Shown: positions 29,608-40,700 of the stretch, piece by piece
How positions within the stretch are numbered: position 1 is the first letter of the stretch
Layout of the letters: every line of letters begins with the position of its first letter
Assembly: GCA_964476665.1 (NCBI GenBank)
Contig: CAYZBO010000005.1
Span: 1-60,592 of the forward strand
Origin: an uncultured Chryseobacterium sp.
GTDB lineage: Bacteria; Bacteroidota; Bacteroidia; Flavobacteriales_F; PHOS-HE28
Reading direction: 5' to 3'
Length of the DNA stretch: 60,592 nucleotides
The notes under the pieces: model-generated
Seen by the model: only the letters and a program-made list of their open reading frames with translations
Told to the model about the DNA's origin: nothing
Databases searched by the model: none
Position numbers and translations under genes: made by a program

Positions 29608-30084
29608 ATGGAGGAGCTGTCTTTGGAAGTTGCCATTGGGCTGTTCGGTCTTTCCGTAGTGGCCTTGTGCTACGCACTCACCCCTGCCCGGACGGGCGTT
29701 CATATTCACGGCCGTTTCGTAACCACGCGGCCGGATGCGGTGCGCTTGGTAGAGGACCGGACAGGGCGGTCGTTGCCCATCGGGAAGCACGGCGCTCTCC
29801 ATGTATGGGTTGCTGCCTCCACATCGGCCACATGGATCATCCACGTGGAGGGGCAGCCGATCGGTTCGATGGAGGTGTTTCCATGGTCATCTGCCACTGG
29901 GGCCGCGCGAGCGGCAACCTTGATCGATGTGGGCACGATCGACCTGAGCGCCTGGGCCGATCAGTTGTCCCGCGCCCGAGTGGTGCACCGAGGACAGCAC
30001 ACTGTGCTGCTCACCCCGGCCAGCCACCACAGAACGCCCAGAAACCACCAGTTGCTCGATCGAGCGCCCCAGTGGATATATTAG
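29608..30084 (+). CDS. Hypothetical membrane protein (158 aa)
   Basis: ATG at 29608 gives MEELSLEVAIGLFGLSVVALCYAL (one TM). There is no recognisable domain, and a competing frame (29601..30101) looks less protein-like. Confidence 0.35.
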   Translation: MEELSLEVAIGLFGLSVVALCYALTPARTGVHIHGRFVTTRPDAVRLVEDRTGRSLPIGKHGALHVWVAASTSATWIIHVEGQPIGSMEVFPWSSATGAARAATLIDVGTIDLSAWADQLSRARVVHRGQHTVLLTPASHHRTPRNHQLLDRAPQWIY

Positions 30085-30097
30085 GCTTCGAGTTCTC

Positions 30098-31966
30098 ATG
30101 ATCTACAATGAATTTCGGGTCATGTCGATCCGCATTCCAATGCTCACCGATCCGATATGCTCGCCACAGCGTCCGAGCCTTCCATGGATCATGGTGCTGC
30201 AGGCATGGTGGCTTGTGGCTGTTATGGCAACGGCGCAGCAGGTCAATATCGAGACAATGGTGCCTGGTGGCTTCATAGTGCTGGACGCCATTGCTGCACT
30301 AGGCCCGAATGACGTGATCGTGGCCGGCTATCGCGCTGAGTTCGCCGAGCAGGCGCTGGTGGCTCGCATCACAAATGGCTCACCGCAATGGTGCAGGCTC
30401 CTGCGTGATACATCGTTCTTCTTCAACTCCTCCAGGATCTTCCATGCGCACATCGTCTCGAACGGGGACATTCTCCTTGCTGGAAGCGAGTCGAGAGCCG
30501 GACTGAGAATGAGTTGGGTCGCACGGCTCGCTGCGAATGGCACATTGATCTGGAGCACTTCAGTGGATGCCGGTGAAGGTATCGGGGAGTTCCATGCAGC
30601 TTGTGAGGCACCCGACGGTTCCATCTATGCGGTAGGTCGCAGCGGTACCGGCCTCCAACGCAACGAGTCCGTGGCACGGCTCAATGCCGCCGGGGATGTG
30701 CTTTGGATGAGGGACCTGCCTTATGCCGGAAGCCAGCGAGCCACTCATGCACTGATGCAGTCCGATACGCTTCTGGTGATGGGTTCCACCACGCTCGGCG
30801 CGGGCGCCAATGAGATCGCCTTGTTCCGTTTTGCACCGGATGGCACCTTGTTGGAACTCCGCACCCATGGAACGCCGAACAATGAGTTACCGACGGAATT
30901 GCTCAGCGATGGAACGGGCGGATATCTGATGTCATACATGGTCAACACTTCGCAGGGGGCTGTTGTACGCCTTGATGGGGATCTGAACCCGACGGGGCCA
31001 CCGCTCATCCTCGCATCGGTTTGGGATCTGAATGTTTCCGCTGGGGCTATCTGGGATGCTTTAATGGAGGAGGTGGTCTTCCTGGGTCGTGCCTCCAATG
31101 CTACAGATGGGTTCTCCATGGCCATACGGGTCTCCCTTCAGAGCGGCGCCGTGCTTTGGGACCGGAGCTTACCGGGTACCGGATTCGTCACAGCTGTCTC
31201 AAGCACTGGGACTGAAGCCGAGCTGAGTTGCTCTGCGAACGGGTTCAATGCCAACGGCTCCTATCCCGGCCATTTGGTCCGCTTGAACTTGCTCTCTGGT
31301 GAGGACGTGTTGGGCACGCCCTGTGAGCCTCCCATCGGATTGCAGCCCATTACCTACCTCGGCTCCCTCGTCACCATGCAACATGCCGTGGTCAGCCGTG
31401 TCCTATTGCCGGATGTGATCCGTGGTATACCGATGCAAGACCTGTTGTTGATGGCCAGTCCCTGCTTGAGCGATGCGTTGCCGATCGAGTTGTTGAGTTG
31501 GGAAGGGAAGGCCCAACCCGAGGGCAACCTGTTGACTTGGACCACCGCTTGGGAGTACAAAAATGCGCACTTCGTTATCGAGCATAGCCCGGATAACACA
31601 GCATGGAATACGCTACGAGTGTTTAATGTCTCGGGGTCCAGCGTGCAGCCAACACACTATCAATGGTTGCACAGCACATTGCCGCCCGGCTTGAACTATT
31701 ACCGTCTCCGGCAGGTGGATACGGATGGGAGCGAAACGCTTTCCCATGTGATCGCCGTGGACCGCAGCTCCATGGCTAACCGACCGCTCATCCACCCGAA
31801 TCCTGCGGCTCCCGGTGAGCTGGTCACGGTTTCGGAGCCGACTGTGCTCATGGACCTCGCTGGTCGGGTGGTGGCAGGTCCGTCGGGGCAGTTCGTGGCC
31901 CCTCAGCTCCCCGGCATCTATGTGGTGCGGGGCCGGGAGCGCACCGAGCGATTGGTGGTCCGGTGA
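30098..31966 (+). CDS. Secreted protein with a T9SS type A C-terminal sorting domain
   Basis: The N-terminus is hydrophobic (WIMVLQAWWLVAVMATAQQ). The repeated D/G-rich beta-strand pattern is propeller-like. The C-terminus is LIHPNPAAPGELVTVSEP...GIYVVRGRERTERLVVR. Confidence 0.8.
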   Translation: MIYNEFRVMSIRIPMLTDPICSPQRPSLPWIMVLQAWWLVAVMATAQQVNIETMVPGGFIVLDAIAALGPNDVIVAGYRAEFAEQALVARITNGSPQWCRLLRDTSFFFNSSRIFHAHIVSNGDILLAGSESRAGLRMSWVARLAANGTLIWSTSVDAGEGIGEFHAACEAPDGSIYAVGRSGTGLQRNESVARLNAAGDVLWMRDLPYAGSQRATHALMQSDTLLVMGSTTLGAGANEIALFRFAPDGTLLELRTHGTPNNELPTELLSDGTGGYLMSYMVNTSQGAVVRLDGDLNPTGPPLILASVWDLNVSAGAIWDALMEEVVFLGRASNATDGFSMAIRVSLQSGAVLWDRSLPGTGFVTAVSSTGTEAELSCSANGFNANGSYPGHLVRLNLLSGEDVLGTPCEPPIGLQPITYLGSLVTMQHAVVSRVLLPDVIRGIPMQDLLLMASPCLSDALPIELLSWEGKAQPEGNLLTWTTAWEYKNAHFVIEHSPDNTAWNTLRVFNVSGSSVQPTHYQWLHSTLPPGLNYYRLRQVDTDGSETLSHVIAVDRSSMANRPLIHPNPAAPGELVTVSEPTVLMDLAGRVVAGPSGQFVAPQLPGIYVVRGRERTERLVVR

Positions 31967-31992
31967 TATCTTCCGCACAGCAAACGAGAACC

Positions 31993-32748
31993 ATGGCCAC
32001 ATCGATCACCGCCGTCATCGTCGATGATGAGGACGCTCCGAGGAACCTCCTGATCAACCTTTTGGGACGCAGGCATCCGGAAGTCCAACTGCTCGGAACC
32101 GCCTCCGATGTCCCCTCCGGCATCGAGCTCATCCGCCGCACCGCCCCCCAAGTGCTCTTCCTCGATATCGAGCTGAAGGACCGGACGGGCTTCGACCTGC
32201 TCCGCACGCTGGGCGATCGGCGCCCGCACGTGATCTTCACCACGGCCCATGAGAGTTACGCCGTGAAGGCCATCCGCTTCAGCGCGCTCGACTACCTGCT
32301 GAAACCCATCGATGCGCAGGAGCTGGCCGATGCCATTGCCAAGGCCATGGAGGCCTCGCGCATCGCGGAGAAGCCGCCGATGGTGGACATGCTGCTCAAG
32401 AATATCGACCGCTCCATCGGCGACCGCGTGATCGCGCTGCCCGTGAGCGACGGACTGGAACTGGTACATGTGAACGAGATCGTGGTGTGCGGGTCGGACT
32501 CCAACTACACCACCCTGTACATGCGTGACGACAAGCGCCTGGTGATCTCACGCACCCTGAAGGAGTTCGAGGACCTGCTCGGGGAACAGGAGTTCATCCG
32601 GGTACACAACTCCTACCTGATCAGCAAGAAGCACATCCGGAAATACATAAAGGGCGAGGGTGGCGAGGTGATCATGTCCAACGGCATGAACATCGCGGTA
32701 TCCAGGCGAAAGAAACAGGAGCTTATGGATGCGCTGGTGCGCCTCTAA
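31993..32748 (+). CDS. LytTR-family response regulator (REC plus LytTR DNA-binding domain)
   Basis: The REC domain shows AVIVDDE, LLFLDIEL(K)D and VIFTTAH. The LytTR domain shows VHVNEIVVCGSDSNYTTLYM..DKRLVISRTLKEFEDLL....FIRVHNSYLI. A GTG at 31963 overlapping the upstream stop is an alternative start. Confidence 0.9.
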   Translation: MATSITAVIVDDEDAPRNLLINLLGRRHPEVQLLGTASDVPSGIELIRRTAPQVLFLDIELKDRTGFDLLRTLGDRRPHVIFTTAHESYAVKAIRFSALDYLLKPIDAQELADAIAKAMEASRIAEKPPMVDMLLKNIDRSIGDRVIALPVSDGLELVHVNEIVVCGSDSNYTTLYMRDDKRLVISRTLKEFEDLLGEQEFIRVHNSYLISKKHIRKYIKGEGGEVIMSNGMNIAVSRRKKQELMDALVRL

Positions 32749-32828
32749 ATACCGCGGGCTGGCCCCCCGCCGGCGTCGTTCCCGATTGACCATACCCTGT
32801 TCCAAGCATGCGGCCAGCCAACATGCAC

Positions 32829-32863
32829 GTCGACCCTTCCGGGCATGTTCCGAAAGGGTCGAC
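32829..32863. terminator. Bidirectional terminator candidate between convergent genes
   Basis: 10-bp perfect stem GTCGACCCTT/AAGGGTCGAC with a 15-nt loop, between the stop at 32748 (+) and the stop at 32901 (-). There is no clear U-tract. Confidence 0.4.
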
Positions 32864-32900
32864 ACGATCAATCTATGCGCTCCTCTATCGCGAGGTAGCA

Positions 32901-34580
32901 TTACTTCCGCTTGGGGAACAAGAACGACACACCCACGAACCAGCCCACCTTGTAGCGCTGCTCGGTCAGTGCATTTTCATCCAGGTCGGCGGTCACGAAG
33001 GAGCGATCGAAGTCCAGTTCACCCTTCAATACCTGCACAGGCTTGACGACCGGGCCGGCATGGATCGACACCCAGGGGTCACGGCCGAGCATGATCCCAG
33101 CACCTGCCAGCAGGGTCACGTTCTCGAACTCGGTCATGTCGATGGCTCCGCCGAGCATGAGGTCCGGCTTGATCAACCGGTCGGTCCGTTTTGAAATATG
33201 GATCGTGGCCATCAGCGCTGGCTGCACATCCTGCCGGTCGGCGTTGGCCACCACGAAGGAGTTGTTGGCATTGTTCGGGTCTGTCTGTAGGCGGTAGCTT
33301 TCGTCCTGCACCCCCAACAGTGCCACCGGCCCGGTGCCGAAATCGACCTTCACACCCCCACAGATGTAGACCTTGTAGGTGAAGGTGCCCTCGCGCGGCT
33401 CGCAGGCTCCGCTAAGGCCTGACTTGGCCTCCACTTTAACCTCGAACTCGATGAAGTCCCCCTCCGCCTGCACTGGCAAGCTACGGATAATGTACGCGCC
33501 ATCCGATCGCATGGAATTGTAGAACGCGTGATAGGACGCGACGATGGCCTTGTAGTCGTGTTTGCTGAACTCGGTCCGCACCGCGTTCACAGCATCCTTC
33601 AGTCCCGTGACCCGGGCACGTTCTTCAGCATTTTCATTCAAATGCTTGCTGACACTGGGCACCAGGAGGAATGCTTCGTAGCGCCGTTGAAAGGACTCCA
33701 GCGCTGCGGCCAGTTTGATCTCCTCTCCATTGAAACACACCTGCATGAACTCCTGGCCACACTTCGCGACTCGTTCGCGCAAGTCAGCGACCGACAAGCA
33801 GGGATCCTTCATCGTTGTTTCGAGCACCTTGAACTTGTCTCCCAACAGGACAAGGTCCCTCCATGCGTTATAGACCTCGGTCGCTTGTTCCTGCAACCTG
33901 ATGTACTCATCCGTAAAGGGATCCGTACGTAGCTGTTGGAGTTCGTCGTTCAAGGTCTTGATGCGTCCATTGATCTGCGTCATCCTCACGTTGCTGGCGG
34001 TGAGGCGCTCCGTCGCTTCCTTCAGCCTGTTGTTCCAGTCCGACCGGAGCCGGCTGATCAGCTCCGGCGTGCTCTTCTGGTTCAGCACTTCGGAGCTGTC
34101 AGGATAGATCGTGGCGAACTGTTCCAGGATGAACGTTCGGTCCTTGGACTTCGTCGCTGCATCCATCGTCCTGGTCAACACCTTCACGGAGTCTTCCAGT
34201 ACTGCCTTTTCGTACAGGAGGCCATCCTGCTCGCTGAGCAATGCGTCGATCTTTTCCTGGGTCTGATCAGTGCCTTCTCCTGGTGGGTCTTGTTGCGTCT
34301 GCTGCTGCAATGCTTGGCCCGCATCACTGTCAGGAAAGCCGCTGATGAGTTTGGTGGCCGCGTTCGGCTCGGTGTAAATGAGAACGTTCTTGGAGGTAAT
34401 GGTGATCGCCGTGGTAAGCGGATTCACATTTGTGAGCGTGAGGGATGCCGTGCCATCGAGCTTGAGGCACTTAGCTGGTGTCTCCATTTGCATGGTCTCC
34501 ATGTCAACTACAATGGAAGCGTGCTGTGCCCACAGAAGAGCAGGCAGGAAAAGTGTTACCGTCGTTAAGATCGCTCTCAT
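32901..34580 (-). CDS. Hypothetical secreted protein with a central coiled-coil and a beta-rich C-terminus
   Basis: The start MRAILTTVTLFLPALLWAQ is a signal peptide. The middle is heptad-like and Q/E/L-rich. The C-terminal 200 aa have an alternating beta pattern ending GWFVGVSFLFPKRK. GC looks lower than in the neighbours. Confidence 0.7.
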   Translation of the reverse strand: MRAILTTVTLFLPALLWAQHASIVVDMETMQMETPAKCLKLDGTASLTLTNVNPLTTAITITSKNVLIYTEPNAATKLISGFPDSDAGQALQQQTQQDPPGEGTDQTQEKIDALLSEQDGLLYEKAVLEDSVKVLTRTMDAATKSKDRTFILEQFATIYPDSSEVLNQKSTPELISRLRSDWNNRLKEATERLTASNVRMTQINGRIKTLNDELQQLRTDPFTDEYIRLQEQATEVYNAWRDLVLLGDKFKVLETTMKDPCLSVADLRERVAKCGQEFMQVCFNGEEIKLAAALESFQRRYEAFLLVPSVSKHLNENAEERARVTGLKDAVNAVRTEFSKHDYKAIVASYHAFYNSMRSDGAYIIRSLPVQAEGDFIEFEVKVEAKSGLSGACEPREGTFTYKVYICGGVKVDFGTGPVALLGVQDESYRLQTDPNNANNSFVVANADRQDVQPALMATIHISKRTDRLIKPDLMLGGAIDMTEFENVTLLAGAGIMLGRDPWVSIHAGPVVKPVQVLKGELDFDRSFVTADLDENALTEQRYKVGWFVGVSFLFPKRK

Positions 34581-34659
34581 GATGGGTCCAGGTTTTGCTC
34601 CCCGCAAACCAAGCCCCCCCTCCCCCCTCCCTCCTAGGTCCCTTTTCACCCCCCCGAGG

Positions 34660-34673
34660 CACGTAGTTTTCAC
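34660..34673 (+). promoter_or_regulatory. Degenerate copy (CACGTAGTTTTCAC) of the conserved intergenic motif core
   Basis: It shares CACGT-N-TTTTCAC with the three strong copies and lies 107 nt upstream of the ATG at 34780. The -7-like TAACCTTTG at 34700-34708 has a spacing 3 nt longer than in the others. Confidence 0.25.
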
Positions 34674-34779
34674 AGGGGGCGCGGCCTTCGCACCCCCCCT
34701 AACCTTTGTTCTATTGCCTTGGGGCCTGCGCCCGACTTAGGTTGCCGTGCCGTTCGCTTGCCCCGGACGGTATACGACC

Positions 34780-37700
34780 ATGACCCACCTGTACCTCCGT
34801 TCCTGCGCGCGCCTGTTCCTGGCGCTCTGCCTGCTGCTCTGCACCCTGCCCTCCTTCGCGCAGCAAAGCTGGCGGCCGGGCGAAGTGTTGCTGCTCCTGC
34901 GCAAGGACGCCCGACCGGAGGCGGTGCGCACGGAACTGCAACGGCGGTTGCCAACGGCCGTTGTGCTGAAGGAGATGACCCCGCTCGGACGGGACTCCCG
35001 CTACCACCTGGTGCGGTTGGATGGCACGGGCATCGATGAACCCACTCTTGAGCGGCTGCTGGCGCAAGCGCCGGGCGTGGAGGCCACCTCGCTCAACTAC
35101 GTCCTGGAGCTGCGCGCGCAGCCGAACGACGCCCTCTATGCCGACCAATGGGGCATGGCCGCCATCGACGTGGAGCCCGTGTGGAACATCACCACGGGCG
35201 GCAGCATGGCCAACGGCAGGCGCATCGCGGTGGGCATCGTGGACGCGCTGGTGCAGACCACGCACCCCGACCTCGCCGACAATATCTCACCGGCCAGTAC
35301 CTACGCAGGCGAAGGTTCCGAACACGGTACCATGGTGGCCGGTGTGGTGGGTGCCACGGGCAACAACGGCATCGGGGTAAGCGGGGTGAACTGGGACGTG
35401 GACCTGGTGCCCCTGGGCTACGGCGGTACCATGGCGGGGGCCATTTCGGGCTTCGAAGGCGCGCTGAGCCTGCGCGAGGATTTCACCAACAGTGCCGGTA
35501 CGGAAGGTGCCCTGGTGGTGGCCGTCACCGTGTCATGGGGCCTGCTTGGCACAAGCTGCGGATTCGGTTATGCCATCTTCGAGGACCTCGGCAACGCGGG
35601 GGTCCTGGCGATCACGGCGGGGCCCAACGAACCGGTGGATATCGATGTGGTTCCGGATTTCCCGTCGGGCTGTCCCAACAGCAACAACATCGCGGTGACC
35701 TGCATCGGCCCCAATGGGGAGAACCCCTTCGCGGTGGGCAACAGCACCATCCACCTGCAGGCACCGGGCCTTGAGATACCGACCACCTCAGTGAATGGCG
35801 GGTATGTGGTTACCGATGGTAATTCATTCGCCGTGCCCCATGTGGCCGGTGCGGTGGCCCTGCTCTATTCAGCACCCTGCCCTGCGTTCGCGCAGCTGGT
35901 GATGACGGACCCGGCCGCCGCGGCGCAACTGGTGAAGAGCGCCATCCTGCAAGGCGGTGCGCCCGTGCCGGGCGGCAACAACATCACCATCACCGGTCGC
36001 CAATTGAACGTGCTGGGTGCCTACCAAATGCTGATGGCACAGTGCATCCAGACCTGCACGGACCTGACGATGACCTTCACCCCAACGGAGGGCACGGTGG
36101 CCGAAGCCGTGATCACCGGTCCGCAAGGCAATGTGGTGACCACGGCCAGCGGCCCCGTGCTGCAGGGCTGCTGGGAGGATGGCTGCTACCAGGCCTCCTT
36201 CAGCGCGGCCGGGGGGGCACCGGTGGGCGGCAGCTGGAGCGTGACGGACGGAGCGGCCAATGTGGTGGACAGCGGGACAAGCGCCAATGGGCAGGTGTCC
36301 TTCAGCTTCGGCACGATCGTTCCCGGTTGCACCACGCCGAACTCGGGCAACTTCGACCCGGGTGCCAATTGCAACGACGGCAGCTGCTGTCCGGGTGATA
36401 TCGTGCGTGTGAAGGTCCTTGCCGAGGACCTGGTGAGCGAGGGCACCGCGCAGGTGACCATCACCGTGGGCGGCAGCGTGGTGCACGACGGTCCGGTGGC
36501 CATCACAGCGGGTGCCGACCCGGAGTTCGGAGTGGGATACGCCGTAGGCACCGTAGAGCTGTGCGCACCCGATGGATGCATGAGCATTGCCGTGACCAGC
36601 GGCTCCACCCCGCTCCACGAAGTCGGCTTCGTGTACATCGGCAACGATGGTCCGATCCCGTTCCAGCTGGCGGACGGCCATCTCGGCGCTGTGGGCAACG
36701 CCGGTGGGCTGGAGGTCTGTGATGGACAGGACAACGATTGTGATGGCGAGGTGGACGAGGATTTCCGCTGGTACGCCGATGCGGATGGGGACGGCTTCGG
36801 GGATCCGGCCACCCTGCAGATCGCGTGCTCCCCCGTGCCTGGCGCGGTGCAGAACGGCATTGACTGCAACGATGCCGATGCGACGATCACAGCCGTGGGA
36901 TCGGCATGTGACGATGGCGACCCGAACACCCTGAACGACTTCGTCCGCTCCAACTGCCAGTGCGCGGGCATCGACCAGGGCAGCTGCCCGCCGGGGGAGA
37001 TACCGGACTGCAACGGCAACTGCGCACCGGCGGACTGGCTGGGGGACGGCCTCTGCAACAATGGTTCCATGGAGTGGCAGGGCAACCTCATCGTGTTCAC
37101 CTGCGCGGAGCTCAACAACGACGGGGGCGACTGCTTCGATCCCTGCGGGCCGGAGATCTGCGATGGCCTGGACAACGATTGTGATGGAGAGGTGGATGAG
37201 GACCACACCTGGTACACGGACGCGGATGGTGATGGCTTCGGCGATGATGCCACGGCGACCGTCAGCTGCCTGCCACCCCTGGGTGCGGTGCTGGTGGGTG
37301 GTGACTGTGATGACGGGAACAACGCCGTGCACCCGGGCGCCACTGAGGCCTGCGATACCATCGACAACGATTGCGATGGGGCCGTGGACGAGGACTTCAT
37401 CTGGTACGAGGATGCCGATGGCGATGGGCTGGGCAACGATGCCACCGTGCAATTCTCCTGCACACCCCTGTCCGGCTTCGTCCATGTGGGCGGGGACTGC
37501 AACGACAGCGATGCCGGCATCGCCGGCGTGGGCGCGGCCTGCGATGATGGCAACCCCGCCACGGTGTACGACATCGTCCGCACCGATTGCCAGTGCCAGG
37601 GCTTCATCCAAGGCACCTGCCCGCCCGGCCAGATCGAGGACTGCAACGGCAACTGTGCACCGGTTTTCTGGTTGGCTGATGGCCTATGCGATGATGGCAG

Positions 37701-40700
37701 TTCCATGTGGGAGGGCAACCTCATCTTCCTCAACTGCCCCGGGCTGAGCTACGACATGGGGGATTGCAGCATCCCCTGCCTTCCGGAGACCTGCGACGGA
37801 CTGGACAACGATTGTGATGGCGCGGTGGACGAGGACTTCGTCTGGTACACGGATGCGGACGGCGATGGCTATGGCGACGATGCCACGGCCCAAGCCTCCT
37901 GTGTGCCGGTACCCGGTGCGGTGCAGGTGGCCGGTGACTGCGACGATGCGAACGCAGCGGTCCAGGGTGGCGTCGTCCTGTATGTAGGCAGCGCGTTCGG
38001 CATCACTTCCGGAACGGCCCACTACGTGATCACCCAGGGAGCCACCACGCACGAAGGGGATATGGCGCTGACCGATACCGGAGCGGACTATGCCGCAGGC
38101 AGCGTATCCGTGTGCCTGGGCGCCGGATGCTTCAGCGTGCAGGTGACGCCGAACGATGTGCCCCTGGGCGAGGTGGCCGTCGTGCAGATGGATCTGAACC
38201 CCGGCCAGAGCGGCGGTTTCCCGGTGGCCGATGGCTTCTTCGGCAGTGCCACACCGCCCGCCTCGGAGCTTTGCGACGGGCTGGACAACGACTGCGACGG
38301 TGAGGTGGACGAGGACTTCCGCTGGTACGCGGATGCCGATGGCGACGGCTTCGGCGATGCGTCCACCATGCAGATCAGTTGCACGCCCCTACCCGGCTTT
38401 GTGCAGGTGGTCGGCGACTGCAACGATGCGGACCCCGGCCTGACCGCCATCGGCATGGCCTGCGACGACGGTGACCCGAACACCGTGAACGACACGGTGC
38501 GCCCGGACTGCAGCTGCCTGGGCCTGCTGCCCGGCGAATGCCCGCCGGGAGAGATCGCCGACTGCAACGGCAACTGCGCACCGGCCGAATGGGTGGGCGA
38601 TGGCTTCTGCGATGATGGCAGTTTCGAGCACAACGGCAACTTCATCTTCTTCAACTGCCCCGAGTTCGGCAACGACGGCGGCGATTGCGGCGGCAGCGGT
38701 TGCGTGACGGAGGTCTGCGACGGGCTGGACAACGACTGCGACGGCGAGGTGGACGAGGATTTCGTGTGGTACACCGATGCCGACGCCGATGGATTCGGGG
38801 ACTTCGCCACAGCGACGATCAGCTGCACGCCACTTGTCGGCGCGGTGCAACTAGGCGGTGATTGCGACGACAACGACCCCGCCACCTACCCCGGCGCGCC
38901 GGAGGGCTGCGAGGGTGTGGACCGCAACTGCGACGGCATCGTGCCGGGTGCCAACCCCAACGACGTGTACAGCCCCGACTGGACCGCCACGGCCACCACC
39001 GGCCAGAGCGTGAACCTGTACGACCTGCTGGCACAAGGGAAGACCGTGGTGCTGGACCTCTTCGCGGCGTGGTGCCCGCCCAGCCAGCAGATGCTCACGG
39101 CCAACTTCCTGCAGGACTGGAACGCGCACATGGGTCCGGATGGAACGGACCAGATCCGCATCGTGGCCATTGCGGTGGACCAAAGTGCCGGTAGTGTGAC
39201 GCCCTTCATCGAGGAGGCGCAATGGCCCGTGATCGTGCAGGACGGCGAGTCCTTCGGTCCGCTGTACAACGCCATCGGCATGTATGACAACGCGGTGCCC
39301 ACCCTGCTGATGATCTGCCCCGACCGGTCGGTGACGATGCTCTACCCGCAACCCGACGACCTGCCCTACACCGGCCTGTTCAACTACGATCCCGCGGCGG
39401 GGCTGGCGCTGGTGAACGAGCGCTGCGGATGCCGCAGCACCTGCGTGGCCAACATCGGCTGCATGGACCCGAATTCCTGTGACTACGATCCCGATGCCAC
39501 CTGCCCCGGCCCCTGCGCGCAGGCCCAGGAGTGGTTCGCGGACAACGATGGCGATGGCGTGGGTGGCAGCTCGCTCGGAACTGCCTGCACACAACCGCCC
39601 AACAGTGCGCCAACCGGCGGCGACTGCGACGATGACAACGCGTCGGTGCAACAAGGCTTCACGCTTATCGTGCTCACCAACGACCCCGGCGACTTCGGCA
39701 CGGCGCACTACGTGATCCAACACGGTGGCGGCATCCTGGAAGGCGACCTGGACCTTCCGCAGGAGACCGAGGGCATCGGTGAACTGCAGGTGTGCATCGC
39801 CAACGGCTGCTACACCATCAGCATCAGCCAGAACGATGTCCTGCTGTGGGAGGAGGCCTACCTGCTGTTGCCCCAAGCACCGGAGGAGCCCGTGGTCTTC
39901 TCCACCTTCGACGGCTACCAGGGCGGCGCGAGCGCTGAGGTCTGCGACGGCATCGACAACGATTGCGACGGCACGGTGGACGAAGGCTGCGGCAACTGCT
40001 CCGATGCCGACCGCGCGTGGATCCTCGCCAACCAGGCCACCATCGAGGGCATCGTGGGCAACACCTTCCTGAGCTGCGGCGCCACGGAACAGTGCCTGCT
40101 GGACGCGCTCCTGGCCGGGACCCCGCTGCCCGAGAGCTGCGCCACCTGTGTGGCCCAGCGCTACGTGTGCATCCTGGAGAGCTGCCTCGCCCAATGCGTT
40201 GGTGGCTTCGGCGCGCCGCCCTGCGTGGAATGCGTGAACGCCACCTGCAACGCGGCCTACTTCGCCTGCGCAGGCTTCACCGACAACGATGGCGATGGGG
40301 TGGTGGCCGAACTGGATTGCGATGACAGCGACCCGAACGTGTTCCCCGGTGCGAACGAGATCTGCGACACCATCGACAACGACTGCGATGGGCTGATCGA
40401 TGAGACGCCCACCACCTACTACGCGGACCTGGATGGCGACGGCTGGGGCGATGAGAACAACACCGTGGAAGGCGGCTGCAGCCCGCCCAACGGCGCCACC
40501 AGCCAGGTCGGCGACTGCGATGACAGCGACCCCGACATCTACCCCGGTGCGCCCGAGATCTGCAACGGGATCGACGATGACTGCGATGGGGAGGTGGATG
40601 ACAACGCGGGCATCGCCTACTACGTGGATGCGGACGGCGATGGCTACGGCGACATCAACAGTGAGCAGTTCTCCTGCACCCCGATCCCCGGCCTGATCAC

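Noticed and set aside
29601-30101. Alternative 166-aa ORF overlapping 29608..30084 in another frame
   Set aside because: It is Arg/Gly/Pro-rich with no hydrophobic segment. The chosen frame is only marginally better, so the whole 29.5-30.1 kb interval may be non-coding.
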